Source: an uncultured Nitrospiraceae bacterium
GTDB lineage: Bacteria; Nitrospirota; Nitrospiria; Nitrospirales; Nitrospiraceae
Length of the DNA stretch: 64,000 nucleotides
Assembly (NCBI GenBank): GCA_963706325.1
Contig: CAVPLT010000007.1
Span: 1 to 64,000 of the forward strand
Direction of reading: 5' to 3'
The translations under genes were made by a program, and so were the position numbers. This document shows, piece after piece, positions 40,102 through 49,364 of this stretch. The notes under the pieces were generated by a model, which did not search any database, was not told the DNA's origin, and saw nothing but the letters and a program-made list of their open reading frames with translations. How positions within the stretch are numbered: the first letter of the stretch is position 1; every line of letters begins with the position of its first letter.

Positions 40102-40983
40102 CTATGGCATCGGCTCGAGGAATCTCGTACGGCCTGCAGCAAAAGCCGCCTGAAGCCGGCGGGTCATAGAGCCCGGCAGGCCAGTACCGATCGCGTAGGC
40201 ACCGATTCGCGTGACCGGCATAATCTCCATGGTGGTATTGGTCAAAAAGCACTCATCGGCCTGCTGGAGGGCCGCCAGTTGATAATGCCCCTCCTCGATA
40301 GGCAGCCCTGCTTCCTGCGCCAGAGTCATGACGATGGTCCGCGTGATGCCATCTAAGATGCCGCATTCCAAAGCCGGCGTGTGTAAGGTTTGGCCCGACA
40401 CGAAAAAGAGATTACTAATCGTACATTCGGTCAATTCCTCCCGCCAGTTTAAGAGAAGGCTGTCGAAGGTGCCGGCCGCGATCGACTCGCGTTTAGCGAG
40501 GATATTGTTGAGAAAATTTGTGGCCTTGATTTGCGGAGAGAGTGCTTCCGGTAGGTTTCGCCTGGTTTTCGCCACGGTCAGGGATACACCGTGGCGCGAG
40601 AGTTCCGGCGGATAGCCTTGGAGTGCCTTTGTCATGATGACCACAGTGGCATGCGGGCAGAGACTCGGGTCCAATCCGATCTCTCCTTCACCGCGCGAGA
40701 CGGTGATGCGGAGATAGGCATCCGCGCGATCGTTGCCGACCTCATTGCGGCGCATGGCTTCATGGAGGAGATCCGGCCATTGGGAAAGTGGAATGGGAAT
40801 GTGCAATCCAATGGCTTCGGCCGAGCGCTGAAGCCTGGCCATGTGCTGGTCGTGCATAAAAATGCGTGCTCCGTAGGAGCGAAGGGTTTCGTAAACTCCA
40901 TCCCCGTACAAAAATCCGTGATCGAACACCGATACGACGGCTTCTTCACGGCGCACAAAACGGTCGTTCAGAAAGACCCACAT
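40102..40983 (-). CDS. Class IV PLP aminotransferase / 4-amino-4-deoxychorismate lyase (PabC/IlvE-like)
   Basis: DHGFLYGDGVYET, IKATN and ILDGITR. Confidence 0.9.
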   Translation of the reverse strand: MWVFLNDRFVRREEAVVSVFDHGFLYGDGVYETLRSYGARIFMHDQHMARLQRSAEAIGLHIPIPLSQWPDLLHEAMRRNEVGNDRADAYLRITVSRGEGEIGLDPSLCPHATVVIMTKALQGYPPELSRHGVSLTVAKTRRNLPEALSPQIKATNFLNNILAKRESIAAGTFDSLLLNWREELTECTISNLFFVSGQTLHTPALECGILDGITRTIVMTLAQEAGLPIEEGHYQLAALQQADECFLTNTTMEIMPVTRIGAYAIGTGLPGSMTRRLQAAFAAGRTRFLEPMP

Positions 40984-42467
40984 CAGTGGCCCGGCTCCAA
41001 TATTTTGAAAAATGCACCCGCCTTGGCGAGCGTTTCGTCATATTCACGGTCGGGGTCCGAATCCGCCACAATGCCGGCGCCCACCTGCAGGTATCCGCGG
41101 TTTTTGGTCAGGACCAGAGTACGAATCAAAATATTCAGATCCAGGTCGCCGCTCCAACTGAAGTATCCGAGCGCTCCAGTGTAGAGTCCACGTCGCACCG
41201 GCTCCAGCTCCTCGATAATTTCCATACAGCGGAGTTTTGGAACTCCCGTGATGGTACCGCCTGGAAACACAGCCCTCACGAGGTCGAACGGCGATCTGCC
41301 GGGCTGAAGAATGCCGGTCACGTCGGATACCAAATGGCTGACGTGAGAATATTGTTCGACGGTCATGAATTCATCGACCCGCACCGAGCCGTACCGGCAG
41401 ACTTTCCCCAGGTCGTTGCGTTCGAGATCCACCAACATCACATGTTCGGCGCGTTCCTTGGGGCTTGCAAGCAGCTCCACGCGCAGAAGGTTGTCTTGCT
41501 CTTGGCCTGTGCCTCTCGGCCGGGTTCCGGCGATGGGTCGGATGCTGGCCTGTGAGCCGCTCAGTCGTACGAGCCGTTCGGGTGAGCAGGAGACAAGGCT
41601 GACCTCATCCAATTGCATGAGCCCCGCAAACGGAGAGGGGTTCAGGCGGCGAAGGCGGCGATAGAGCTCAGCGGCGTAGCGGGCGGATTCCGGCTTCGAA
41701 GGCGCGTTCTCCGGATCAAGGATAAAGCGGTGTGACAGGTTGGCCTGATAGATGTCGCCCGCGGCGATGAACTCTTGGCACCGCTGAACGCGGGCCTTGT
41801 AGTCGGCGCGTGATTGGCTCGGGATAAAACTCGCACCTTCAGACCAACGCGAGGTAGTGCGGGGGGCGATCGGACTCGTCAAGCGTGCTTCCAATGCGGA
41901 CAATCGGTCGCAGCCTTCGCGATACAGTTTTTCACGAGGCTCGGCTTGGAAGCGTGACAGGGGCGGACAGTACATCAGGTACAAAAGGCGGGTTTGATGA
42001 TCAACGGCGGCCACGAGATCCAGAAAGATCATGTGCAGATCCGGAAGGCAAAGATCATCGAGGGCCAACGTGGGGAGTGATTCGAACGAGCGGACGAGAT
42101 CGTATCCAAGGTACCCGACGGCGCCCCCAAAAAATGGCGGCAGCCCATCTGGCTGTGCAATTGCCGAGTCTGCCAGCGCTTGTTGAAGCGCGTCAAAGGC
42201 CGAGCCGTGGTGGGTCTGGACCCGCCCGGCACTCTTCATCTGGTAGTCCGGGGCGCGACCTGACAAGGTGAGGTAGGGATCGTTTCCGAAAAATGAATAA
42301 CGAGCGGTAACGCTGGTGCCGTTGGCGCTTTCCAATAGAAATGAGGGATGGTCCGACCGCGACAGTCGTTGATACAACTCGAACACATCGAAGTTGGGTT
42401 GCGGTCGCACCACCACCAGTGGTTGCGGAGGTCCGCTGAGGAATGACCTGTTGGAGGAAGACGTCAT
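40983..42467 (-). CDS. Chorismate-binding enzyme, PabB/TrpE family (likely ADC synthase component I)
   Basis: GDIYQANLS, SPERLV, PIAGTRPR, AEHVMLVDLERND and FPGGTITGVPK. Coupled to the class IV aminotransferase. Confidence 0.9.
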   Translation of the reverse strand: MTSSSNRSFLSGPPQPLVVVRPQPNFDVFELYQRLSRSDHPSFLLESANGTSVTARYSFFGNDPYLTLSGRAPDYQMKSAGRVQTHHGSAFDALQQALADSAIAQPDGLPPFFGGAVGYLGYDLVRSFESLPTLALDDLCLPDLHMIFLDLVAAVDHQTRLLYLMYCPPLSRFQAEPREKLYREGCDRLSALEARLTSPIAPRTTSRWSEGASFIPSQSRADYKARVQRCQEFIAAGDIYQANLSHRFILDPENAPSKPESARYAAELYRRLRRLNPSPFAGLMQLDEVSLVSCSPERLVRLSGSQASIRPIAGTRPRGTGQEQDNLLRVELLASPKERAEHVMLVDLERNDLGKVCRYGSVRVDEFMTVEQYSHVSHLVSDVTGILQPGRSPFDLVRAVFPGGTITGVPKLRCMEIIEELEPVRRGLYTGALGYFSWSGDLDLNILIRTLVLTKNRGYLQVGAGIVADSDPDREYDETLAKAGAFFKILEPGH

Positions 42468-42640
42468 GACCCTGGCTTCATGGGACGGGGTAACTGAGAC
42501 AAAGACTATACCGTATCGAGCGGATGGGTCATAGTCGGCCAACTTCTTGACAAGGCCCTAGCGAATTTGCTTGAATGGCGCGCCCGCCGATGGGTGCACC
42601 CTCTCACATTGTGCTGAAGGGTGCCGCGCGTGAGCATGTG

Positions 42641-42859
42641 ATGCCCCCCTCTCAGGATCCGTTATATGCGGGGCTCGGACAGGCTGTCCGGATTGGGACG
42701 GAACTGCTCGCTGCGTTGATTGTCGGGGGAGGCCTGGGCTGGGTCGTCGATACGTATATGCTCGATTCCAATCCATGGGGAATGGTAATGGGATTGGTGT
42801 TGGGGTCTGCGGCCGGTGTTCGGAGTGCCTATCGGTCGGCCCAACGATGGCAGAGTTAA
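42641..42859 (+). CDS. ATP synthase accessory protein (AtpZ/AtpI-type, ATPase gene 1)
   Basis: Two TM helices, GLGWVVD..PWG, first gene before atpB. Confidence 0.8.
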   Translation: MPPSQDPLYAGLGQAVRIGTELLAALIVGGGLGWVVDTYMLDSNPWGMVMGLVLGSAAGVRSAYRSAQRWQS

Positions 42860-42889
42860 CCGGAATCGAATGAGCGAAAAAGGATCATC

Positions 42890-43639
42890 GTGGAAGAAAG
42901 TCCCCTACATGCCTTTGAACTGCATGAGCTGATCCCGCTGGTTCCGGCCGGGATCGATATTTCAATCAACAAAGCCGTCATCCTGATGTGGGTGGTAGTA
43001 GGGTTGGTGTCGTTGCTCATGATCTCCGCGGCATCGGCTCGCAAATTAGTCCCCGGGAAATTGCAGAACGTAGCGGAACTGATCGTCGAGTTCATTCGTG
43101 GGATCATTTTGGATACGATGGGCGAGCCGGGCATGAAATATTTTCCGCTCATCGGCACGTTGTTCCTCTTTATTCTCTTTGCCAATCTCATTGGTTTGAT
43201 TCCCGGATCGTATACCGTCACGAGTCAAATTATTGTGACCGCGGTGTTTGCCGTCGGGGTGTATGGGTTGAGTCTGGTGTTGGGGTTTTCTCTGCATGGA
43301 ATGAAGTTTCTTGGTATTCTTGTGCCGCCTGGAACACCAGGTTGGCTCCTGCCGTTGATGATCCCCATCGAATTGATCAGCCAACTGGCACGACCCATCT
43401 CGCTGGCCGTGCGATTGTTTGCGAATATGACCGCGGGCCATGTCATCCTCGGTGTGTTGTTCGGATTGGCGATCAGCGGCGGGTTACTCATTGGATGGCT
43501 GCCGTTTGCCTTTACGATTGCGATGAATGGACTCGAAGTCGGTATCGCATTTATCCAAGCCTATATATTTACCGTGCTCAGCTGTGTGTATCTAGGGGAT
43601 GCGGTTACCCTGCACGGTCACAGCGAGCACGCACACTAA
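42890..43639 (+). CDS. atpB: F0 ATP synthase subunit a
   Basis: PGKLQ, NLIGLIP, SLAVRLFANMTAGH and QAYIF. Confidence 0.96.
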   Translation: MEESPLHAFELHELIPLVPAGIDISINKAVILMWVVVGLVSLLMISAASARKLVPGKLQNVAELIVEFIRGIILDTMGEPGMKYFPLIGTLFLFILFANLIGLIPGSYTVTSQIIVTAVFAVGVYGLSLVLGFSLHGMKFLGILVPPGTPGWLLPLMIPIELISQLARPISLAVRLFANMTAGHVILGVLFGLAISGGLLIGWLPFAFTIAMNGLEVGIAFIQAYIFTVLSCVYLGDAVTLHGHSEHAH

Positions 43640-43674
43640 GTTGCAATGTCTACATAAGGGAGGAAGGACACACA

Positions 43675-43905
43675 ATGGATGCAGCAGCAGCAGCGTTGGT
43701 CGGCATGGGGTTGGCGGCGGCGGGATTCGCCGGAGCCGGTGTGGGAATCGGGTACATTTTCGGAAAAATGATCGAAGCCGTGGCTCGGCAACCGGAAGCG
43801 GAAGGTCGCGTCGGCAAGTACATGTGGATCGGATTCGCGTTGGTCGAGGCGATCGCTCTGTACGGGCTGGTCATTGCGTTCATCATTATGGGATTGCGCA
43901 AGTAA
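43675..43905 (+). CDS. atpE: F0 ATP synthase subunit c
   Basis: GxGxGxG helix, ARQPE loop, LVEAIALY. Confidence 0.96.
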   Translation: MDAAAAALVGMGLAAAGFAGAGVGIGYIFGKMIEAVARQPEAEGRVGKYMWIGFALVEAIALYGLVIAFIIMGLRK

Positions 43906-43980
43906 GCGCACTCATCGGCGAGCCCCGGCGAGGGGACTATTCCCGGTTCAGAACCCTCAACTCATTTGGGTACATAGACT

Positions 43981-44493
43981 ATGCCTCAATTTGAATCACA
44001 TTTCTTTTCGTCGCTGATATTCTGGGAGTTGCTCTCCTTCGGGATCTTATTCTTTTTGCTTTACAAGTATGCCTTCCCAAGCTTGTTGGGCATGCTGGAA
44101 GAGCGTGAGAAAAAGATCAAAGACAGCCTCGATCAGGCCGAACGGCATCGCTCCGAAGCGGAACGCAAGCTGAGAGAATACGAAGCCAAGCTAGCGACGG
44201 CCGCCAAAGACTCTGAGGCGCTGCTGGCGCAGGCAAAAGAGCGGGCTCAGCGATTGATGGAAGAGAACGAGCAGCGCATGACGGTGGATGCCGAACGGAT
44301 CAAGGGCGATGCGACCCGTGAGATCGATCAGGAACGCCGGAAAGCGATTCAAGACATTCGATCGCAGACGACGGATCTGGCATTGATGGTGGCGGAAAAA
44401 GTCGTGGGACGAGCCCTCACGGAAGCGGATCATCGGCGCCTGGCAGACGAAGCCCTGGACGCCCTCTCTAAGACCTACCAAAGCCGAAACTAG
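43981..44493 (+). CDS. atpF: F0 ATP synthase subunit b
   Basis: MPQF N-terminal TM helix followed by a long charged coiled coil. Confidence 0.93.
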   Translation: MPQFESHFFSSLIFWELLSFGILFFLLYKYAFPSLLGMLEEREKKIKDSLDQAERHRSEAERKLREYEAKLATAAKDSEALLAQAKERAQRLMEENEQRMTVDAERIKGDATREIDQERRKAIQDIRSQTTDLALMVAEKVVGRALTEADHRRLADEALDALSKTYQSRN

Positions 44494-44497
44494 CCGG

Positions 44498-45319
44498 CTA
44501 TGCCGGGGGGGCGAGACTGACGCCTCCCTGGCGGTATCCTTCCAAATCCAGAGTGACGAATCGATAGCCAGCTTGTTTCAGGGCAGAGACTAACCGGTCA
44601 CGCCGACCGGGTCGCAGCAACTCCGGCAGCTCTTCCAGTGCCAGTTCAATCCTAGCAATATCTCCATGATCGCGCACGCGATATTGGCGGAACCCTTCCT
44701 GCGCCAACACTGCTTCTGCGCGCTCGACGCGGGACAATATGCCCCTCGTGATGGTGATCCCGCGTGGCACACGCGATGAGAGGCATGCTGCCGCCGGCTT
44801 CTCCCAATTGGATAGACCTATCTCCCTCGCCACCTCACGGATATCGGCCTTTGAAAATTCGGCCTCAAGTAACGGGCTGCGCACGCCCCATTCCCGAGCG
44901 GCCTTCAGGCCCGGGCGGTCGTCTCCTAAATCGTCTACGTTCGTCCCGTCCACAATGGTGCTTGCCGCATATTCGCCCCGGAGCTTGCTCAAAACAGAAT
45001 ATAAGTCCGTCTTGCAGTGATAACAGCGAGTCGAATCATTGCGAACAAAATCTGGAATCTCCAATTGGTCGGTTTCAATGATGCGGTGGTCGGCGCCGAT
45101 CTCCGCGGCAATACGTCGAGTCATGTCAAGTTCAGCGGCGGGAAACGTGGGAGAGACGGCGGTAACTCCGATGGCTCGCGTCCCCAGTTCGTCGTGGGCC
45201 AATTTAAGGACCAGCGAACTGTCGATGCCGCCGGAAAAGGCGACGACGACCGACCCCATCTCTCGAAGGATGCGCCGCGCCCGAGAAAGTTTATCGATCA
45301 GTGGAGTTGTGGAAAGCAT
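44498..45319 (-). CDS. larE: LarE-family ATP-dependent sulfur transferase
   Basis: PP-loop SGGIDS, CYHCK, DGTNVDD..RPG and ACLSSRVP. Confidence 0.88.
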   Translation of the reverse strand: MLSTTPLIDKLSRARRILREMGSVVVAFSGGIDSSLVLKLAHDELGTRAIGVTAVSPTFPAAELDMTRRIAAEIGADHRIIETDQLEIPDFVRNDSTRCYHCKTDLYSVLSKLRGEYAASTIVDGTNVDDLGDDRPGLKAAREWGVRSPLLEAEFSKADIREVAREIGLSNWEKPAAACLSSRVPRGITITRGILSRVERAEAVLAQEGFRQYRVRDHGDIARIELALEELPELLRPGRRDRLVSALKQAGYRFVTLDLEGYRQGGVSLAPPA

Positions 45320-45361
45320 GAGGACTTGGCCTGGTACGAATCGGCTGTTGGCCCGTCGCCG

Positions 45362-46744
45362 TTACTGTTTGACTTTGGCTTTGGCAATTGATCCGACAAC
45401 CACTAAGGCGTAATGCTGGGGATCGAGATATTGTTTGGCGACGCGCAGGACATCATCCTTGGTCACCTTCTCGATGGCTTTGGGATAGTGCGTGAAATAA
45501 TCCGAGCCGAGGTTATAGAACTCCACTTGAGCCAAGACGTTCGCCAGCTTCGCGCTGGAATCGACGCGCAGGGGAAAACTGCCGATGATAAACGACTTGG
45601 CTTCGCTGAGTTCTTGATCCGTGACCGGTGCGTCGCGAATCCCCTTTACTTCGGTCAGTACGCCGGTGATGGCCTGATTGGTGACGTCGGTTCTTGTCTG
45701 CAGATTGATGAAAAACGCGCCGGGCATCAATCGAGTATCGAAGTGACTCATGATGCCGTAGGCCAGTCCCTGCTTGTCCCGAATCGAATCCATGAGGCGC
45801 GATGAGAACCCTCCGGCGCCTAGGATGTAGTTCATCACCGTGACGGCATAGTAGTCTGGATTGGTTCGACTAATGCCCGTGTGCCCCAAGACGATGGTCG
45901 ATTGCGTCAAATCCCTCTCGATGAGCTGGACCATTTTGCGTTCAATCGGGGCCGGCTTCTTGAGCACGTACGGAGAAGAAGGCCCCTTTTTCCATGATCC
46001 AAAATGGTTCTGAACGAGGGTCGTTGCCTGTTCCTGAGTGAGGTCCCCCACAATGACGAGGATCGTCTGATTGGGCAAGTACTCTCTGGCATGAAATTGC
46101 TGAATGTCGGCTACCGTGATTTTGTTCAGCGTGTCTTCGGAGCCATGGGCCGGCCAGCTATAGGGATGGCCGTGAAAAATCAATTGATGGAAGGCCTTCA
46201 TGGCCACGTTGCCGGGATCGTCGTCATCGCTGACGATCTCGCCGAGGATCTGCGTGCGGACCCGCTCAACCTCTTGTTTGTGGAATGCCGGGTGCTGAAG
46301 CATGTCGGCCAGGAGCGCGAAGCCGAGGTCAGCGTCCTTCTTCAAAACGCGGGCGGAGGCGGTGGTGAAATCCTCTGCCGCGTGGGCTTCGAGCGAGCCA
46401 CCCACAAAATCAATCTGTTCGGCGATTTGCCGAGAGGTCCTGGTAACGGTACCCTCATCCAACAGACTGGCAGTGAGATTCGCCAGGCCGGCTTTATCCG
46501 GTGGGTCTTGAGCCGACCCCACTCTTACGAGCGCATGAATTTCCACTGTAGGAATAAAATGTTGTTCCAGGAACAAGACCGTGATGCCGTTTGTCGTGAC
46601 GGAACGGGTGGGGACAATATCTGCACCCAGCGCGGATGCGGCGGGAATGCAAAGGTTTATGCCGGCTACTCCCAGCAGGAGGACGCCTATGGAAGAGACG
46701 CCTTTGAGGCATTGTCGCAGGGACGTGTGGAGTGCTCGCGTCAT
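45362..46744 (-). CDS. M16 peptidase, non-catalytic subunit
   Basis: M16 fold lacking HXXEH (GLANLTASLLDEGT); SRLMDSIRDKQGLAY. Confidence 0.88.
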   Translation of the reverse strand: MTRALHTSLRQCLKGVSSIGVLLLGVAGINLCIPAASALGADIVPTRSVTTNGITVLFLEQHFIPTVEIHALVRVGSAQDPPDKAGLANLTASLLDEGTVTRTSRQIAEQIDFVGGSLEAHAAEDFTTASARVLKKDADLGFALLADMLQHPAFHKQEVERVRTQILGEIVSDDDDPGNVAMKAFHQLIFHGHPYSWPAHGSEDTLNKITVADIQQFHAREYLPNQTILVIVGDLTQEQATTLVQNHFGSWKKGPSSPYVLKKPAPIERKMVQLIERDLTQSTIVLGHTGISRTNPDYYAVTVMNYILGAGGFSSRLMDSIRDKQGLAYGIMSHFDTRLMPGAFFINLQTRTDVTNQAITGVLTEVKGIRDAPVTDQELSEAKSFIIGSFPLRVDSSAKLANVLAQVEFYNLGSDYFTHYPKAIEKVTKDDVLRVAKQYLDPQHYALVVVGSIAKAKVKQ

Positions 46745-46757
46745 CTTGACCTACCCA

Positions 46758-48170
46758 CTAGTGGGACTGAATCGGTGAAGCAGCTTGTGCTTGCGGAGGT
46801 TGGGGAATTAAAGTTCCCGTCGTGCGCCCATCGGCGGTCAGATATTGGGCCGCGACACGCTGGACGTCCTGGGCCGTGACGGCGCGGGTGCGTTCTACGA
46901 ACTGGGTGACTTTGCGCCATCCTGCCCCGATCGTCTCGGCCTCTCCCAGCAGCATCGCTTGGCGGAAATTCGAGTCCTGCTCAAAAATATGCGCGGCTTC
47001 GATCTGATTTTTTGCGCGCTGAAGCTCCAACTCGCTCGGTGGCTCGGTTTGGAGTCGGTGAATTTCTTTGATGACTGCCTCTTCGACGGCCTCGACCTTC
47101 TCCCCGGGTTTGACGACGGCATAAAAGTAAAACAATCCGGGATCTGCCTGCATCAGTCCGTAATCCGCCCCCACTGCCAGCGCGGTTTTCTGCTCGTACA
47201 CGAGACTTTGGTAGAGCCGAGCACTCTTGCCGTGGGACAGAATAGATTCAAGTACATTCAAGGCATAGGAATCGTCGCTGACATAGTTGGGCACGCGGTA
47301 GCCCATCATCACGAAAGGCACTTGCGCTTCACGCTTCAACAGAAAGCGGCGTTCGCCGCGCTGTTGAGCCTCCGCGACCGTCAGTGGCTTGGGGGACGGA
47401 CCTTTGGGAATTGGCTCGAAAAGTTTGGCGATAGTCGGGAGCAGGGTGTCTGCTTTGATGTCGCCGACCACCAGTAGGGTGGCATTGTTCGGCGAATAAT
47501 AGGTGTCGTAGTGACGCTGGAGATCGTCAAGGTTCATCGCGTCGAGGTCGGAGAACCATCCGATTACCGGCCAGTGGTAGGGGTGACTCATGAAGGCCTG
47601 GGCGAACAAAGCTTCGACCAGCGCGCCTTGCGGATCATCCTCGTTACGAAGCCGCCGCTCTTCCTTGACGACTTCCCGCTCGGTCTTTAATTCGTTGGCG
47701 TCGAGGATTAGTCCCTGCATTCTGTCGGCTTCAAGTTCGAGCGCTAATGTGACGCGATCGGCGGCCAGGTTTTCAAAGTAGGCGGTAAAGTCTTGGCTGG
47801 TGAAGGCATTGTCCATGCCGCCGTTCTTGCGAATGAGGCGGGAGAAGGTGCCCTTAGGATACTTAGCCGTCCCTTTGAACATCATATGTTCAAGCATATG
47901 CGACAGTCCGGCCCTCCCCATCACCTCATTCCGTGAGCCAACTTTGTACCAGACTTGGACAGTCGCGACGGGGGCCTTCGGGGCTTCCACCAGAATGACC
48001 TTCATATCGTTTGAAAGTGTAAATTCTTTGGGCTCGATGGCGCCGGCTGCAGAAGCCTGGCAAATGGAAAGGGCGGGAATAAGGAGTGCAAAGGCTACCA
48101 AGGACCAGGCGGTGCGCATCGGATTGGAGGCTGTGCTCTGTCTAGGCATGTACGAAGAACATGCTAACAA
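46758..48170 (-). CDS. M16 zinc peptidase, catalytic subunit
   Basis: HMLEH inverted zinc motif, NAFTS and EERR. Start may be a downstream Met. Confidence 0.92.
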   Translation of the reverse strand: MLACSSYMPRQSTASNPMRTAWSLVAFALLIPALSICQASAAGAIEPKEFTLSNDMKVILVEAPKAPVATVQVWYKVGSRNEVMGRAGLSHMLEHMMFKGTAKYPKGTFSRLIRKNGGMDNAFTSQDFTAYFENLAADRVTLALELEADRMQGLILDANELKTEREVVKEERRLRNEDDPQGALVEALFAQAFMSHPYHWPVIGWFSDLDAMNLDDLQRHYDTYYSPNNATLLVVGDIKADTLLPTIAKLFEPIPKGPSPKPLTVAEAQQRGERRFLLKREAQVPFVMMGYRVPNYVSDDSYALNVLESILSHGKSARLYQSLVYEQKTALAVGADYGLMQADPGLFYFYAVVKPGEKVEAVEEAVIKEIHRLQTEPPSELELQRAKNQIEAAHIFEQDSNFRQAMLLGEAETIGAGWRKVTQFVERTRAVTAQDVQRVAAQYLTADGRTTGTLIPQPPQAQAASPIQSH

Positions 48171-49252
48171 CGGGTTTGAATCTGTGTCAAGGCAACTGCA
48201 GCCGGCGCTCCCTCAATGCGACCGAGTTGCCCGCAGGCGCCCAACACATCGCGGCCACGACTGCGGCGGAGGTATACGTCCACATGGCCCTTGCGCAGAG
48301 TGTTCTGGAAGATTTCGATCGCCGCATCCGAAGGGCGTCGATAGGGGCTGCCGGGAAATGGATTGAAGGCAATGAGGTTCACTTTGCACCGAAGCCCGCG
48401 GAGCAGCTTAATCAGACGCGTGGCATCGTCGACATGATCATTGACATCCGCAAGCAGGACATATTCGAAGGTCAGACGATCACGCTCTGACAGCGGATAC
48501 GCGCGACAAGCGGCAAGCAGGGCCTGCAAGGAATGAAGCCGGTTCGCGGCAGGCATGATTTGGTGGCGGAGTTCGTCGGTCGTTGCATTCAGGGAGATGG
48601 CCAGGTTCACTTTGAGGGGCGCCACGTCTTGAATCCGCGAGGCAAGTCCTGCCGTGGAGATGGTGATACGGCGCGTTGAAAACCCTAGGCCCCAGGTTTG
48701 ATTGGTGAGGCGTACGACGGCGTCGGCCACCGCGTCCAGATTGGCCAGTGGTTCGCCCATGCCCATAAATACGAGATTGGTCAATCGTTCGCCTTCGCCT
48801 AGGTGGTCTTGGGCAAGGAGAACTTGGTCGACGATCTCATGGGGGCGCAGGTTACGGCGAAGTCCGAGCGTGCCGGTCAGGCAAAAGCCGCAATCGAGGG
48901 TACAGCCCACCTGTGTTGAGAGGCATAGGGTCAGCCGGTCGGCGTCGGGGATCAGCACGCATTCCACTTGATTGCCGTCGGCCAACGTCAACACGAACTT
49001 CCTGGTGCCGTCCTGTGAGGTGAAGATTTGCACATCAGCAGTTCGCCCAACGATGCAGCAGGCGGTGAGATGCGCGCGCTCCCGCTGCGAAAGATTCGTC
49101 ATCTCGGCGAAGGTGTGGACGCGTTCCTGGTAAAGCCAGCGCAAGATTTGTTGCGCGCGAAAGGCCGGCCAGCCGAGTGGAGCGACGAACGCGGCCATCG
49201 CGTTTTCGGTCAACGTCAGGAGATTAGTCCGAGTGTCGGCAGACAGTCTCAT
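48164..49252 (-). CDS. rlmN: Radical SAM RNA methyltransferase RlmN
   Basis: STQVGCTLDCGFCLTG, FMGMGEP and GACGQL. Confidence 0.95.
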   Translation of the reverse strand: MRLSADTRTNLLTLTENAMAAFVAPLGWPAFRAQQILRWLYQERVHTFAEMTNLSQRERAHLTACCIVGRTADVQIFTSQDGTRKFVLTLADGNQVECVLIPDADRLTLCLSTQVGCTLDCGFCLTGTLGLRRNLRPHEIVDQVLLAQDHLGEGERLTNLVFMGMGEPLANLDAVADAVVRLTNQTWGLGFSTRRITISTAGLASRIQDVAPLKVNLAISLNATTDELRHQIMPAANRLHSLQALLAACRAYPLSERDRLTFEYVLLADVNDHVDDATRLIKLLRGLRCKVNLIAFNPFPGSPYRRPSDAAIEIFQNTLRKGHVDVYLRRSRGRDVLGACGQLGRIEGAPAAVALTQIQTRC

Positions 49253-49364
49253 AACCCGGAGCCTAGCACAGGGAAAAAACTTATGACAAGCAAAGCGAAC
49301 CTGGTCGCGTTTGCAGCGCGTTACGATATAATGGTGCCGGTTCACCCTCTGTCAGGACGAGATT

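Noticed and set aside
42988..43674. 305-aa ORF apparently extending atpE upstream
   Set aside because: It is an alternative frame inside atpB. The true atpE starts at ATG 43675 after a purine-rich GGGAGGAAGG SD.
46004..46879. Long antisense ORFs (this one, 54637-55344, 37707-38420 and similar)
   Set aside because: Shadow ORFs opposite well-supported genes, as expected in GC-rich DNA.
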